This document shows positions 24,650 to 38,100 of a stretch of 45,392 nucleotides of DNA, piece by piece (the first letter of the stretch is position 1; every line of letters begins with the position of its first letter). The notes under the pieces are model-generated. The model searched no databases and had not been told where the DNA came from. It worked only from the letters and a program-made list of their open reading frames with translations. The stretch spans positions 30,610,726 through 30,656,117 of the forward strand of contig JBOZIK010000001.1 of NCBI GenBank assembly GCA_051453625.1, read 5' to 3'. The translations under genes and the position numbers were made by a program. The stretch comes from Welwitschia mirabilis (lineage: Eukaryota).

Positions 24650-26633
24650 NNNNNNNNNNNNNNNNNNNNNNNNNNNNNNNNNNNNNNNNNNNNNNNNNNN
24701 NNNNNNNNNNNNNNNNNNNNNNNNNNNNNNNNNNNNNNNNNNNNNNNNNTACAAAAATTCAATTATCTACAAATTAAAATATAGAATTTAAGTTAATGGC
24801 CACATTTATTAAAAATTACTCAAATTTATTTTAAATTTAAAAAGGATCACAATATCAAAAAAAATAAGATATCCTCTAAGTAAACCTACATGTCATCAAA
24901 ATCTAGTTAAGCAAAATTCTCAAGTATATAATGTAAAGAAAGGTAATCACAAAAAGCATCTCACAATTCCACATTTTTCATTCCAATTTTTCCTTTTCTA
25001 CAATCATGCCTTGTTTCTTGTTTCAAGAATTTTTTATCTAATTGAGCATTCAATGTTATGACATCTCCTTCTAATAGAGTTAAACATGTTGATTTATGAA
25101 TAAGTTAGTTCTGCATTGCCAGTAGGCATTTATAGCCCTGAGTCCTTCAAGGTTTTATAAGCATATAGGTTCATGGAATGTTAAAATGCTTTCTTCTTCT
25201 AGAGGATTATAAATCTGAGCAGTGACTTGGGTTAATTATTGGATATCTTGCTTAAATATTTAACTTGCTTACTCAAGTAGTTGGTTTATTTGCATTTGTT
25301 ATTGGTTTGTTTTCTTACATCTTTAGTTTATCTCCATTTGAGCCTCTATGAATCTCATAAAGATGTCTTCCAAGGAATTTGAAGAGGTTTGTTGATTTTT
25401 GGAAGATGAAGGATATGTATTAAGTAATGAAGGGCATTAAAAAAAAGATGAAGGATAAGATTAAAGGATGATGAATATAATGCTAAAGGATAATAATCAT
25501 AAGGGATGAATAAAGAAGTGAAATCAAACTCTTATGAGTTATCATAAGAATTTTGAGATTAAAATTTATTAAGAGGTTGATTATAATGTGCATGAAATTG
25601 AGAATGCACTTGAAAGGTCTGTCTATTATCAAAAGGATCTAGGAGTGGGGGTTGATATGAGTTATGTTGAAGGTAATTCCCTAGAGTTTGTTTTGATCTA
25701 ATAAAGTATTCTATAGTTCATTTAGGTTTATTATAGGAATAGATAGGTTAAATATTGAAAGCTATTTGAAATGGATTTGGGGCCTAATTCATGATTTAGT
25801 TTTGAAAAATGGAATAAGATTTCAGCTAAAATGTTTATATTTTCTAGGTTTTCTATAGTCTCAAAGGGATATTATAATAAAAAATAGTTTAAAGAGATTA
25901 TAAGATGTTTTAGGTTAAGCACAAAGAAGTCTAAGCAAAAACATTAGTAGCACTAGTCAGGGATAGTGGAGGTACCAATTTACATGAACAAAATAGTTTA
26001 GGAAAAGGATAGAGGAATCGTGAGATCTATGCAAGAGGTCTTAGGTTATTAGGTTGGGAAAAAAGTTAACAAAAATCTAAAAATATTTGAAACTTAAATT
26101 TTTACAACCTAAGAGAATAAACTTAACATTTTTAATTTTTCTTAAAAATTCTCACAGAAATAAAAGCTAACATAACTAAAAAATGTATAGAGGATTTACA
26201 AAAATTAGTAAACACATAGATCATTAGAGTTTGATTCAATTTAAAAATTCAATTTTAGATTTAGTTGTACTTGTAAGAAAGTCATTAGAACTAAAACTTG
26301 AAAATATTTAATATAAAAATGAAGTTCTAGATGCTTAAGATATAACCAAACTTAACAACTTGGACTAGTTTAGGTTTTTCTATAAGAGGACTAAGAGCTA
26401 TCACTAGAAGGGAAAATAAAATATATAAAGAAAAGAGAAAAGGACTAGTTTAGATATCACTAGAGAGGATTAGTACCAACCACTGAATAAAAAAAATACA
26501 TAAAAGAAAGAAAAAGGACTAGTTCAGGTATAACTAGAAATATAACTAGTCCCAAAAATTAAAAAAATAAAATCTAACTAAAAATTGCAAGAAGAATTCA
26601 TGCACTTTTGAAAAAAATTACTGTGTCAATGCA

Positions 26634-26651
26634 TCCCTGGCAATGGAGCCA
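26634..26651 (-). other. Primer-binding site, tRNA-Asp (Athila) type
   Basis: Minus strand reads tggctccattgccaggga versus canonical tggcgccgttgccgggga, 5 nt from LTR C. Confidence 0.8.
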
Positions 26652-26656
26652 AAATC

Positions 26657-28118
26657 TAATCAAAGCATAAAAGTGATCTAGATTTAAACTAAACAAAACA
26701 CTTAGCATCACTCTTCCATAGAGACATAGAAGGTAAATTAATCAAAATATATAAGATTATTCTACTTGCAATGAAAACTCAAACAAATGAAAAGTAGAGT
26801 TTGGGAGAAAGAAAGTGATCTTCCAGTAGTAATACAAGAAAATGGAAATTCTCTAAGGATCTAATGAGATTCATCCACCTCTCCTATTTTGCTCCAAATA
26901 TTCTTGTATCTAAAACATGCACTAAATTGTTAAGTCATTAAGGCTCAGCATGAACGCATAATCTCATTCATCACATGAGTGTTGGTGAGTTATTAAGTCC
27001 TCTCGATACTTCATAGCTCTTTATAAGCATAGAAAGTATAAACCTAAGTGCAAAAGATTAGTTAAAAGACAATAATTATAAATCACAAAATTAACTTTAA
27101 AAAACTTACACAGTTCAACAGAACTTAAAAATTAAATAAGAGTTATCTAAGTATTACTAATGCCATTTTATTATCTATCAATAATAAAAGAATAAAACCT
27201 ACTTCAAAAACTAGTCTTACCTAAACATTTCTAATACTAATTAAAGTTGTGTATTAATAATTAAAGGATTTAATCGAACTATTTATTAGAATTAAAAGAA
27301 ATACATTACATTAGTGAAAGAGGAGAAGAAGAAGAACCCCTAAACTAGCCTTGAGTATTCTACCCCCAAGAAAGATGTTAGAGTACCATGATGTTCAAGC
27401 CTCTAAGTCCTACCCATAATAAGCCAACTAAAGATGAACATAATAAAGGGTTCAAGGCCTTTTTATAGGGAGTGATGGTGGAGAGGGATGGTTACAAGCC
27501 CTTGGCTTATAGAGTTAGGTAGAGGGGAATGGTTTTAAGCTCTTGGCTTATAGCATTAAGTAAAATCTTTATCATTTAGCATTAGATAAATAAGATTCTG
27601 TCTTATAGCATTTAATGGAGGTTATCTTATAACATTATGTAGATAAGATTTTGTTCTCTAGTATTAAGTAGAATATTCATCATTTAGCATTTAATGGAGC
27701 TTATCTTATATTATTTAGTGGATATACTCATATGGAATTAGGTAAAATATTCATCATGATGAATTCAACACATATCCTATGGAGTCATGTTCCTCTACCA
27801 ACTAGTGCTATTGTCATATGTCTCCAATGCCACCTCCACATACCTCTGTCACATGGCTTCCAATGCCATGACAATGTGTCACCACTTCATGTCTTCATTG
27901 CCATTATTGTTTTATGTGGAATTATATCCATATTGTACCATGTGTTCTAAAACATAACTAAAGATTAGTAATAATTATGAAGAAAAAAATAATATTAAAT
28001 TTTATCTTAAAAATAATAAAAGACATAATTTATGATTAAAACAATTAAATTAATGTCTTATTTTATAATAAATTGGCCTAAAACACTTGACATAAATGTC
28101 ATTTTTTACATTTTAACA
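26657..28118 (-). repeat. Athila-like LTR C (5' LTR)
   Basis: taatcaaagcat...tttacattttaaca; closest partner is LTR A. Confidence 0.85.
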
Positions 28119-29089
28119 TGCTTCTAGAGGCAGATAAAGGAACCAACATGAATGGCATGCCTTCTCCTTATAAGTTGAATTGTTTTTTTCCATTGCTAAA
28201 ATTATTTTAGTGCCTACTTGGAACATCTTATAATGCTCTTTTCCATTAACTAAAGTATAAGAAGATAGAGGTATTCTTTCTCAATGAAGAGGAATATTTT
28301 TTTAAATCTAAAAAGGTATACTTTAGCTATGCTCTCAAAGCTAGGGAGACCGTATAAAGAAGAGAATGAGAAGAAACTGAGAAGGTATAAAAATCATGTA
28401 GAGAAAATGATGTGGAGAGTAGAGGCTACTAAAAGGGAAGCATAAGCTATAAAGAAAGAGTAAGAAACGATGTAAGAGGTGGCTAAAAGATATTCTAAGA
28501 AATCTAATAGAAAGATAAATTTAAAGGTATTGCATCTAAGGGAAAATATTGAAAAAGCTAGAAAGATACTCAAAATCCTTTATTACCTACTAGAAAAGCA
28601 TGTAAAAAAGAAAAACATTCCATCTAGACTTTTCCATGTTCAAGTTCCTCTAACTCCTCTTAAGCATTTAGAAAAATAATATGCTTAGTTAAGAGGAGAA
28701 AAGTCCTTTAAATCCAACTAAAGTTATTGAGGACTCTATTCTTGTTACAAATTTTATGTTTTGCCTCTTATCTAAAGTAAAGGATTATTTATCTATTCTT
28801 TGTTTTTGTGTTATTAGTTTTAGTATTTAAGAGAAGAGATCTTTACTCTTATTATAATAGCACTTTTGCTTTAATATAATAAATTATTTTCTTTTTGTCT
28901 AAGATTTATTCCATACTCAATTATGAAAGAAACTTTTTTTCTTTTTCTTTAGGATGTATTCCATACTAAAGTATAAATGAAACTAACTCTAAAAATATCT
29001 AAGTACTATAATGTAAAACAAACTACTATATACATATTTATATAATTTTAATTTCACTCCTTATCACATGGAAGAGATTCTTGGGAGTA

Positions 29090-30420
29090 CTTTGAAGTAG
29101 TGATGGAGGTGAAAGTTATTGCAAGTGTTCAAAAATTTCTTCCCTTGTAAATCCTCTAGCTTGTAGTTCTAGTCTTCCACAAAGGAGGGTATCTAATAAG
29201 GTCCTAATTAGAGAGGGAAAACATTTGGTGTACCTCCATATTTTTCACTACTCTATCTCTTATCATGATTAGGTTTTTAATGTGAAATCCCTTAAGATTA
29301 ATCCTCTTGTCTAATGACTTATTCATAATGTCTTAGTATCTAAGCATGGCATGAAGAACTTCATTTTAAGTATCTTAAAAATTCAAGCAGGACTAGCTTT
29401 CTATTCAATAGAGCCTCTATGGAGGTGTGGTATGCCTCCATAAATTCATAAGTATAGAGCAAAGCCTGGATGATAAGATAAGATATTTAACCATATATGA
29501 GGTAGTAGGAACTAGATTTGATAATAGAATTATATATTAATCGATCGGCCCATAAGACATACTTGATGAGGGTAGGTCAATTTCTTGGTTTCTTTTGTAG
29601 TGTATATTTCATACCTTTATGAATATCTAAGGGATCTTATTCTTCTATGGATGGAGAGAGGAAGGATGTAGCAATCACTATCTTCTTGATTCTTATAAGT
29701 AGCCTCTTATTATAAGAATTAGTAAGTCTATTTCCCTATAAAAAATAATTGATTCTTGTCTTTAAAAAAATAAAGTGGCAGTAGCATCATCCTATAAAAT
29801 AGATGAAGCTAAGAACTTTTCCTTATCACATACTAGCACATAATCATTTCTAAAGTGGTTGATGATGTTCCTCTTCAAAAATTCTATAAGTGTATCTATG
29901 TTTGATTATTGGGTAGCTCTAGCTTTTATCTAGCATGTAGAGTAGCATGTATTAATGAAAACAAAAGAGTGACTAATAAAGAAATCATAATAGATCTTGC
30001 TAATAAAATCCAATGCCCACTTAGTAAAGGGTCATGTTTTGAAGATATAAAGCAATGGTAGAGCTATGTTATTATTCCTTGGTGCAAATTGCTAGTAGAT
30101 ATCACAAGTCTTGACATGTTCAATTTCATATTTTATCATAGTAATTCAATAATAGCCTTCCTACATGATTTGTATTAGTCATAATCTATCATAGGCATGG
30201 CCTCCATCCATTATCATGGAGCACTTGCAATATGTCCTAAGCTTCATATTGAATGATGCATCATAAGTAAACATCATCATAATTTTTATGAAAGAAAATT
30301 TCATTCTTTATCAAGAATCTAAAATATTTTACTCTAAATGCCTTCTTGAATGATCTAGATTCATTATTTAGGAGGGATCCATCGGTGAGTTAAAGGTAGA
30401 TGCACTCATACCACGGGTCA
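29090..30420 (-). pseudogene. Gypsy integrase remnant
   Basis: PWYECIYL*LTDG (~30375-30415), HVKTCDIY*QF, PFTKWALDFI (~30003-30033), NYKLEDLQGKKFLNTCNNFHLHHYF (~29093-29168). Confidence 0.85.
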
Positions 30421-30499
30421 GCTAGAAATTCAGGAAAAATTATAGGAAAGGAAAGAGCTTTATCTAGATAGGATTCGTGTTTCATAGAAGTTACTAGAA

Positions 30500-30900
30500 G
30501 GTCTTTCACTAGGTCCATTCCTTTAACTAGCTTAATAGATAAGAGATGAATTTTATACTCTTAGAGCTTTGAGATCCACTTTGATCTTCTAAAGTTTGAG
30601 TCTCTCTCTTTAAGAAAGCCTTTATTATAGATTTAGTAACTTTTCCCCAGATCTTAGCCCTCAATTTGTAGTATCTAAACTTCTTCATTACCTTAATGAG
30701 AGAAAATGCCTATTTCTTCAAGTAGTGATATGATAGATTAGTATCATGAAAGAGTTAACTCATAAATGAAACTGATCATTCTTCATGCTCACCTTTTAAA
30801 TCATCTATATTGTGGTTGAGAACTATTATATTGGTCATTTCTAAAGCACAAGCATAAATGAAGAATTCTTTGGAGAAGTTATGACTCACCTGCATTAAAG
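30500..30900 (-). pseudogene. RT-associated RNase H remnant
   Basis: NFSKEFFIYACALEMTNIIVL, VSFMS*LFHDTNLSYHYLKK*AFSLIKVMKKFRYY, RRSKWISKL*EYKIHLLSIKLVKGMDL. Confidence 0.85.
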
Positions 30901-30999
30901 GTAATGCTACTTCTTCTTAATTGGTTCAAATGCCTTCTTACCTTCTAGGTACATATGAATATGACATTCTTCTATAATAGTGGTATGATGGACATCAAT

Positions 31000-31900
31000 A
31001 TCCATGAAAAGTTTGGGATGAAGCATCATAAAAAGTTATTTTTTCGTAGGAAATGTTAGAACTCTTTAAGGGATTTGAAAAGGAGGATATTTTGATTAGC
31101 CTATAGGCATTTTGTACCTACTCACATGCCTTAGTCTAAGATAAGGTATCTTAGAAGCTTGTCTAAGGTGATAGTGATGATATTCTTCTTTGGATTGAGG
31201 GAGATACCAAACTATCTAAAATGCAAGGACATCTTTTTGAGATTCCACACATGATTAGCTTACTTGTTAGAGTAGACTATAATGTCATCCAAGTAGACAA
31301 TTATGCATTTGCTGATGATCACTACCAATGTATGCTACATGGATTTCTAGAAAGTAGTGATGATATTGATTAAGTTAAAGGACATCATTAAGTGTAGGTG
31401 TTCCAATTAGTGGTGAAAGACATTTTAATTTAGTTTAAGATGACTACTATGTTTGATGATAACTAGAGAATCTATTTAAAAATGAAAACATATTCACATC
31501 TAATACCTACTAAAAGTTAAGGTGGGTTAATTGTCTTTGATAAAGGCCATATTTAGATTATAGAAATTCATGCATATATGAATCTCTTCATTTTTCTTTT
31601 TAATGGGGATAATGTTAGCAACCTAAGTGACATGTCTAATAGTGTAGATGATAGATGATTTTAGAATCTTATTAACTTTCTTTTCAATTAGTGGTTCTAG
31701 CACTAAGTTCACCCTCCACTATCTTTACTTAAAATGCTTGGTTCTTTTCTTGAGATTAATGATATGAGTAAGAAACTAAGAATCAAAACACCTTAAGTTC
31801 TTATACAACCAAGTAAAGACATCTTTTAACCATTAATAGAGTAATAGAATAGCCTTCCTTTTCTAGGTAGAACATGTCATTCCAATTTTAATGGCCTTAG
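31000..31900 (-). pseudogene. Gypsy reverse transcriptase remnant
   Basis: IRHVT*VANIIPI, NEEIHICMNFYNLNMA, MMSFN, and IIVYLDDII (YLDD at 31284-31295). Confidence 0.9.
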
Positions 31901-32259
31901 GTTCATGTGGAAAGTCTAAGATAATCTCTTCTACTTCTTCATCAATATAATGATGAGGAAAATAAATATTCAAATCTAAATTTAATAATATCTCTAGTTG
32001 ATTGAACCCTATGAGTATCTTATTATTATGATATTATAGCGCACATCATTCTTTGTGAAATGTTCACTTTTATTTAAGTTTTTTTTTCTCATCCAATATC
32101 TGCTTCTTAAACTCATCGTAGTTACACATGAATCTAAATATCTAATCATTTCCTTTGAATACTTGAAAGTTTATGATAATATCTCAAACTGATTTCTTTA
32201 AAAAAGCATGGATCTAGAGTCCTTCAACTATTGTTTTCTTAACTGGGATTCCTATTAAG

Positions 32260-32625
32260 GCTGAGGCTACTATTTTATCTACTATTACATTAGTTTCTTA
32301 TGGGATCTAAATGAGAAAGAACTCTTTAAACTAGTCTAGGGAATTTAGAACTCTAGCCTTATACATCTTTATCATGGAGTTGCGTGTCTAATATTTATCC
32401 TTTACTTGATTAATTATAATTTTAGAATCTACAAAAATGTAAATTGTTATTACCTTTTTTGTGCATGTCTACTTTAAGACCTATACTAGGAACTCATACT
32501 TAGTAGTATTTTTTGATACTAGAAATTTAACTATAAAGACTTTTGAGTATGATGTATCTTTTGAGACTTAAGAATTATGTCGTACCTCTTTATTCTATAT
32601 TTGTGACTCCATTAAGAATAAAGAA
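32260..32625 (-). pseudogene. Archaeal-type RNase H (aRH) remnant upstream of RT
   Basis: LF(L)NGVTN (frameshifted), KNTTKYEFLV, IYIFVDSKIIINQVKD, IP*ETNVIVDKIVASA. Confidence 0.78.
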
Positions 32626-32869
32626 TAAGTCTATTTAGTTAATATTAAAACTAAGAAATATATATCTACTTTTAATTCTAGGGTTATCTCCTTGACGTCA
32701 TAAAGGTAGCTGTCAAGACCATAGCCTTTAATGGGTTCTTTTGGATTGGTCTTCTTTCCACTAGAGGTAGTAACAATGTACCTTAGATAGAACTCCCTTT
32801 TAATACACATATAATTAGGGACTTCTTTCTAGAGTAATTACATATGAGAGTAATCTAAAAATGTATATG

Positions 32870-33180
32870 CTTTAGGAGAAGCCACTCAGATTTGACTTGA
32901 TAGCACTGTAGATAGCTAGGATGTTAATAACATAGAAGTTTATAACATTCATGTCTCTAGAATCCAAGGCTAGCTAAAATTTGACATCCTTGATAATCTC
33001 TTAGACCTTGACATTAATGTGATTAAGCTAGATGAATAACTTATTGCATTCTTCTAGGGTCAAGTCTAGTTACTTAGCTATCTTAAAAAGAAGAATATGG
33101 ATAGAAGATTTAAAACTGATAAGGTAATTATGGATGTTATTTTCAAACATGTATAAGGTAACCAAAAAAGTGGGTATCTT
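32870..33180 (-). pseudogene. Aspartic protease remnant
   Basis: PTFLVTLYMFENNIHNYLISFKSSIHILLFKIAK*LDL...VKV*EIIKDVKF*LA...NFYVINILAIYSAI fits the PPFxxTL..HNCxLDSGAS..DVP.YG.LL pattern. The active site is decayed. Confidence 0.7.
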
Positions 33181-33299
33181 TTTCTTAGCAATGAAAATGA
33201 TATCCTTTACTTATAATTCTGCTACATCTATTTTTAGAGAAGAGTCTTCTATTCTTTGCATATTAGTGAATATAAAAGCATATGTAAGTTTTTTCCGTT

Positions 33300-34900
33300 G
33301 ATCTTTACTTATTTAAATAACATCTAAGATGGATAGATTAACTCTTCACTTCTTTTAGACTTCTACCATGTTATATGATGATATGACTTTCTTCAGTTCT
33401 TTATTTATCATTTTTAAGGAATTATTCAATGAGGATAAAGGTTGATATATTTTATTCTTATAAGATCATAAAGGATTATTTGAAGCATCCTAATTTGAAG
33501 GCATTAAATTATTGTTGTAAGGAATGGATGTAGTAACTATCTCCTCCTCATTTTATTTTTACTTCTCACTATTTTTCTTATTTAGTTTGAGTTTCATGGC
33601 TTTTTTGTTTATAGCTATAGCTCTTTTAATTGAAATGAATGTTTAGTAAGTTATCATATAATAGGGCAATTCTTGCCTTTTCAAGGAATAGAGGCAACAT
33701 GAACTTCCCTACAGAGTCTATAATATCAAAGTAGTATTATCCTTCAAGATGGGTAAATGAAACTATAGAGTAATGAAATGTCTTCATGATCTCATTATGT
33801 AGAGATGGTTTTTGAAAATTTTTACATGAATGATTTATTATTTAATGGAATGAATAGTAATAATGAAGGAATGCTACATTGGAATCTTCTTTTTCTAGTA
33901 ATATGTATTGCTATTTAGGGTCCATGTTGTATTATGGAACTACTTTTCTACTTTCCATTCATCTTTCCCTTGGTTTCTTCCTTGAGAAATCTTTAGTTAC
34001 ACCATGTATTAAGTAAGCTTACTAAGCATGCATCTAGCACCTTCATCTCCCCTATAGTCTTTGAGGTAAAAGATTTATCTATCTAAGTGAAAGTTATATT
34101 CTATGGTTGAGTAATAGGTTTCAGTGGCATATTTGAGAGAGAAGGATTTTTAGAGGAAGAATATGAGAAACTTGGTTTAGAAAAAGGAGAAAGAAAGGAG
34201 ATGTACCATGGACATGATGGGATCTAGAATTTGAAGAGGTGATGGAGTTCATAGGTTGATAAGGTTAAAGAAAATTATTACAAGCAAATATTTAATATTA
34301 GGTAATGGCAAGATGATGGGGTATAGATGGATTAGATTTGGATAACCACAATGAGCCAGTGATGTGAGAATTTCTAAATAAACAATCTCATTTATTAAAT
34401 CTTGTAAATTATTAAAGTTATACTTCTTTTCTTAAAAAAATCATGTAATACCATCTAAATATACCTTATATAGGATTATGACTTGGAAGATTAAAAGCCT
34501 ATAATATGTAGGGAGGTAATCATAGAGAACTTAAAAGTGGTTTTTGAATGCCCTAACTATCTTTTTTTGCTTCTTCCAAATGATTGTGAAGTACTAGTAT
34601 AAAGTTTCTAGATCCATTTTCCCTTCAAACCGATGAAGAAAATCTTGGAACATTTCATTTCATGAACAATAGAATTGGAAGGTAGACATAAGTACTAAAG
34701 TTAAGCCTCCTATCTTAAGTAAAGGAGACATAGCAACACTTTTTAATTAATATTTAAAAGTGAAGTCCATTAGTAAAAATGTTAATATAATCTTCTAGGG
34801 CTCAAAAAGATTGAGTACCCCAAGCTTGAAGGAATGTTTCATGTTCCACTAGCATATGATTAAGGATAAGAAAGTTGAAGGGGTTATTCTTGATATAGAG
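33300..34900 (-). pseudogene. Gypsy gag remnant
   Basis: L*YLCLPSNSI(x)S*NEMFQDFLHRFEG (~34620-34700) matches the retrotransposon gag WxxxLPxxSIxSWxxxxxxFxxxF motif. Confidence 0.75.
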
Positions 34901-35185
34901 TGGGTAGATTATCCATGAGTGGGTTGGTTGAAGAAGAGATAGGATTAATGGGAAATGATCAATGAAAAGAGGAATTACTAGTTAAAGATGGTGGTAGGTC
35001 AAAAGGGGATGTTTCTAAAGAGTAATATTTAAAAGAAGATGTGGTAAAGAAGAATGAGAAGGGTAATGAAGATTCTTTAACTACTTCTTGTCCATTTGTA
35101 GTAACATCTTAGAGTACATGTGATAGTAATGATCTAGTTTAGCTACTTTTAGGACTTTCTTCTAGTACTAGAGAAGACATGTTAA

Positions 35186-38100
35186 TGTAGATTATCTTTC
35201 CTAGTCTTAGAAGAGACAACAATGCTTCCTTTTCAAGGTGAGGTCCTACACTTGTTCTAGAGGGTAACTAGAAATTAGGTATCTAAATGATTTTTCTCAA
35301 GGTACAAAGTAACTGGGGATTAGGATTAAACTAGTGGATAATGCCTAGTAGGTATATCTTACTAAATAAAAGTAAACAAAATAAAACAAAGGAAAAATGA
35401 ATGGTAAATTTAAAAGAAAGAAAGAACTCCCTTGATGAAGAGTGTATTCTCTCAGTTAATCTAGGTTCTTCATATACTAGGGAAAGATGAAGCAAGTCTT
35501 GCATATGGAATTATAGGATTTTAATAGGTCTCCTCCATAGGCTAAGAAGGTGAGATGGGACAAGGTTCAAATAGGAAGGCAAGTTGCATCTAAAAGGTGA
35601 TTTTACTCCAAGGCATCTATGAAATGGACTCTCCTTCATTGAAAGAGATTTTTTAAAATCAGATTCTCTATTTACTATCTTTAAGATACTCAATGAATGA
35701 AAGTCTTAATATGTAAATAAAAAACTATGTTTATTGTAAAAATTAATTAAAACTCATACTTTCTTCCTTCTCTTATTTAAGCTTATGGGGTAGGAGGTAG
35801 AGGAGTTATAATATTCCATTAGAAATTTTAAAGATAACTATAAATAACTAAGAAAAATACATATAGAGAAGAAGATCATCAAACATGTCTTTTGGTATCT
35901 TCTAGTATTATCGACTAATGGAAAAGATGTATGTATCTACTGACTTAAAGTAGGATCTATTATGAAGTCAAGGTTGACTATATAAAAAGTAGAAAAAGGA
36001 AAAGGAACATCTCTAGTTCAAGAAGAGATCATCAAGCTAGAGGGAGCATTGGAAACAGAGAGAGAATATAGAGAGGACCCTTAGCTATAAGGACCTAAAA
36101 GTGAAAGAGAAGAGGAAAGACTGCTTTCTTTGAGCTAGAAATAAAGAAGAGAGAGTGATGTGGAGGAATGGAAAGGGATTAGAGTAACAATATCTAGGTG
36201 GAGCCTCTTAGATAGCTCCAAATTAGTAGTGACTTTAATGAACTAACATGGAGGATTGGTGCTCATGATGCTTAGCATGGTCATCATTATTGACATGGTG
36301 ATTATGAATATGATTTTAGTTATTGGCATTATAGCAAGCATCAACAAGATCGTAGTCATAAACATGGTAGTAATGATCATGACTATAGTCATTGGCATGT
36401 CCTTAATGATGATAAAAAGGATCATCCCAATAGAATTATGGTCTCCTCCCTAGGCATTAGGCTGGTGCTCACCCTGTAGTATGATGTCACAGGTAGGATT
36501 TCTTGAATTAAACATGTTTAAAGAATCTAATACAACCTTAGAACACTGTTAGACTCTAAATTAGTGGATTGTGATGCATGGGATCTGAAAAGTGAAAGAT
36601 AAGGTGGTAATAGATTTTTAAAAAAGGTGGAGAACTAAGTGAATGAAAATAAATCAATAATGAGGGATTTCCTAACTATTTAGATGGAGTAAAGAATAAG
36701 GAAGAGTAAGAGGACTAATTTTTAAGGGGTTCTTAAGGCTAAGAGATGAGCTGAGCATATAGTAACTTTAATGTATGCATGTGAAATTATAGGAAATATG
36801 GGAATAGGAAATGATGGGGAGAGGGAAGAGGAATAAGAAAGGAGAAGAGAATATGAAAAGGAAAAAAGGGTAGGAAGATATAAAACATGGAAAAAAGAGG
36901 TGAAAGGCAAATAAGGATAGGGGAATACGAAAAAAGAGGAGATATGAAAAGAAAGATGAGAAAAAGATGATAGAAACTAAGAAAGATTGAGGAAANNNNN
37001 NNNNNNNNNNNNNNNNNNNNNNNNNNNNNNNNNNNNNNNNNNNNNNNNNNNNNNNNNNNNNNNNNNNNNNNNNNNNNNNNNNNNNNNNNNNNNNNNNNNN
37101 NNNNNNNNNNNNNNNNNNNNNNNNNNNNNNNNNNNNNNNNNNNNNNNNNNNNNNNNNNNNNNNNNNNNNNNNNNNNNNNNNNNNNNNNNNNNNNNNNNNN
37201 NNNNNNNNNNNNNNNNNNNNNNNNNNNNNNNNNNNNNNNNNNNNNNNNNNNNNNNNNNNNNNNNNNNNNNNNNNNNNNNNNNNNNNNNNNNNNNNNNNNN
37301 NNNNNNNNNNNNNNNNNNNNNNNNNNNNNNNNNNNNNNNNNNNNNNNNNNNNNNNNNNNNNNNNNNNNNNNNNNNNNNNNNNNNNNNNNNNNNNNNNNNN
37401 NNNNNNNNNNNNNNNNNNNNNNNNNNNNNNNNNNNNNNNNNNNNNNNNNNNNNNNNNNNNNNNNNNNNNNNNNNNNNNNNNNNNNNNNNNNNNNNNNNNN
37501 NNNNNNNNNNNNNNNNNNNNNNNNNNNNNNNNNNNNNNNNNNNNNNNNNNNNNNNNNNNNNNNNNNNNNNNNNNNNNNNNNNNNNNNNNNNNNNNNNNNN
37601 NNNNNNNNNNNNNNNNNNNNNNNNNNNNNNNNNNNNNNNNNNNNNNNNAATAAAGAAGGAAGAGGAGGCAAAAGGAAGAAAAAGAAGATAGGAAGAGAAG
37701 AGATAAGGAAGATTTAAAGATATTACCTTAGATGTTAACTATAGATATCATTCTATCACTCAATGTAGGAGATCATATGTTTGAAACCTAAGCTATCTAA
37801 TATTCTTAGCTAATACTTTATGCCACTAAGGCCTAATTAAAACAAAAAGAGAAGAAGGAATCTAATTTTAGTGCCAAGAGTTGGAGAGTTAATTACTAGA
37901 TGAAAACTAGAGTCCTAGGGGATTTTGAAAGTTCTAGTAGGGGAGAAAAGTGCTAAAGATGATAGGATTTCCACTTGTTGGATGTGGAATAGGCCTATCT
38001 TCTATGCCCTAGATATGGAATCTAAGGAATTTCACACTTAGATGAATCATTCAAGAATTATTAGGTTAATAAGGTGAAGAGATGAAAAAAATAGAAAAAG

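Larger units (their letters stand above)
15702..28118 (-). mobile_element. Athila-like non-autonomous LTR element complex (three related LTRs, two homologous internal regions)
   Basis: LTRs at 15702-17134, ~20854-22173 and 26657-28118. Asp-tRNA-type PBS remnants adjoin the second and third. Near-TSD tgcta (15697-15701) / tgctt (28119-28123). No pol motifs seen. Confidence 0.8.

Noticed and set aside
32700-33300. Possible extra RNase H upstream of aRH (KKLTYAF, KIAK*L, IKGYGL look-alikes)
   Set aside because: Continuous translation fits the post-gag linker and protease better. The real RT-linked RH is at 30500-30900.
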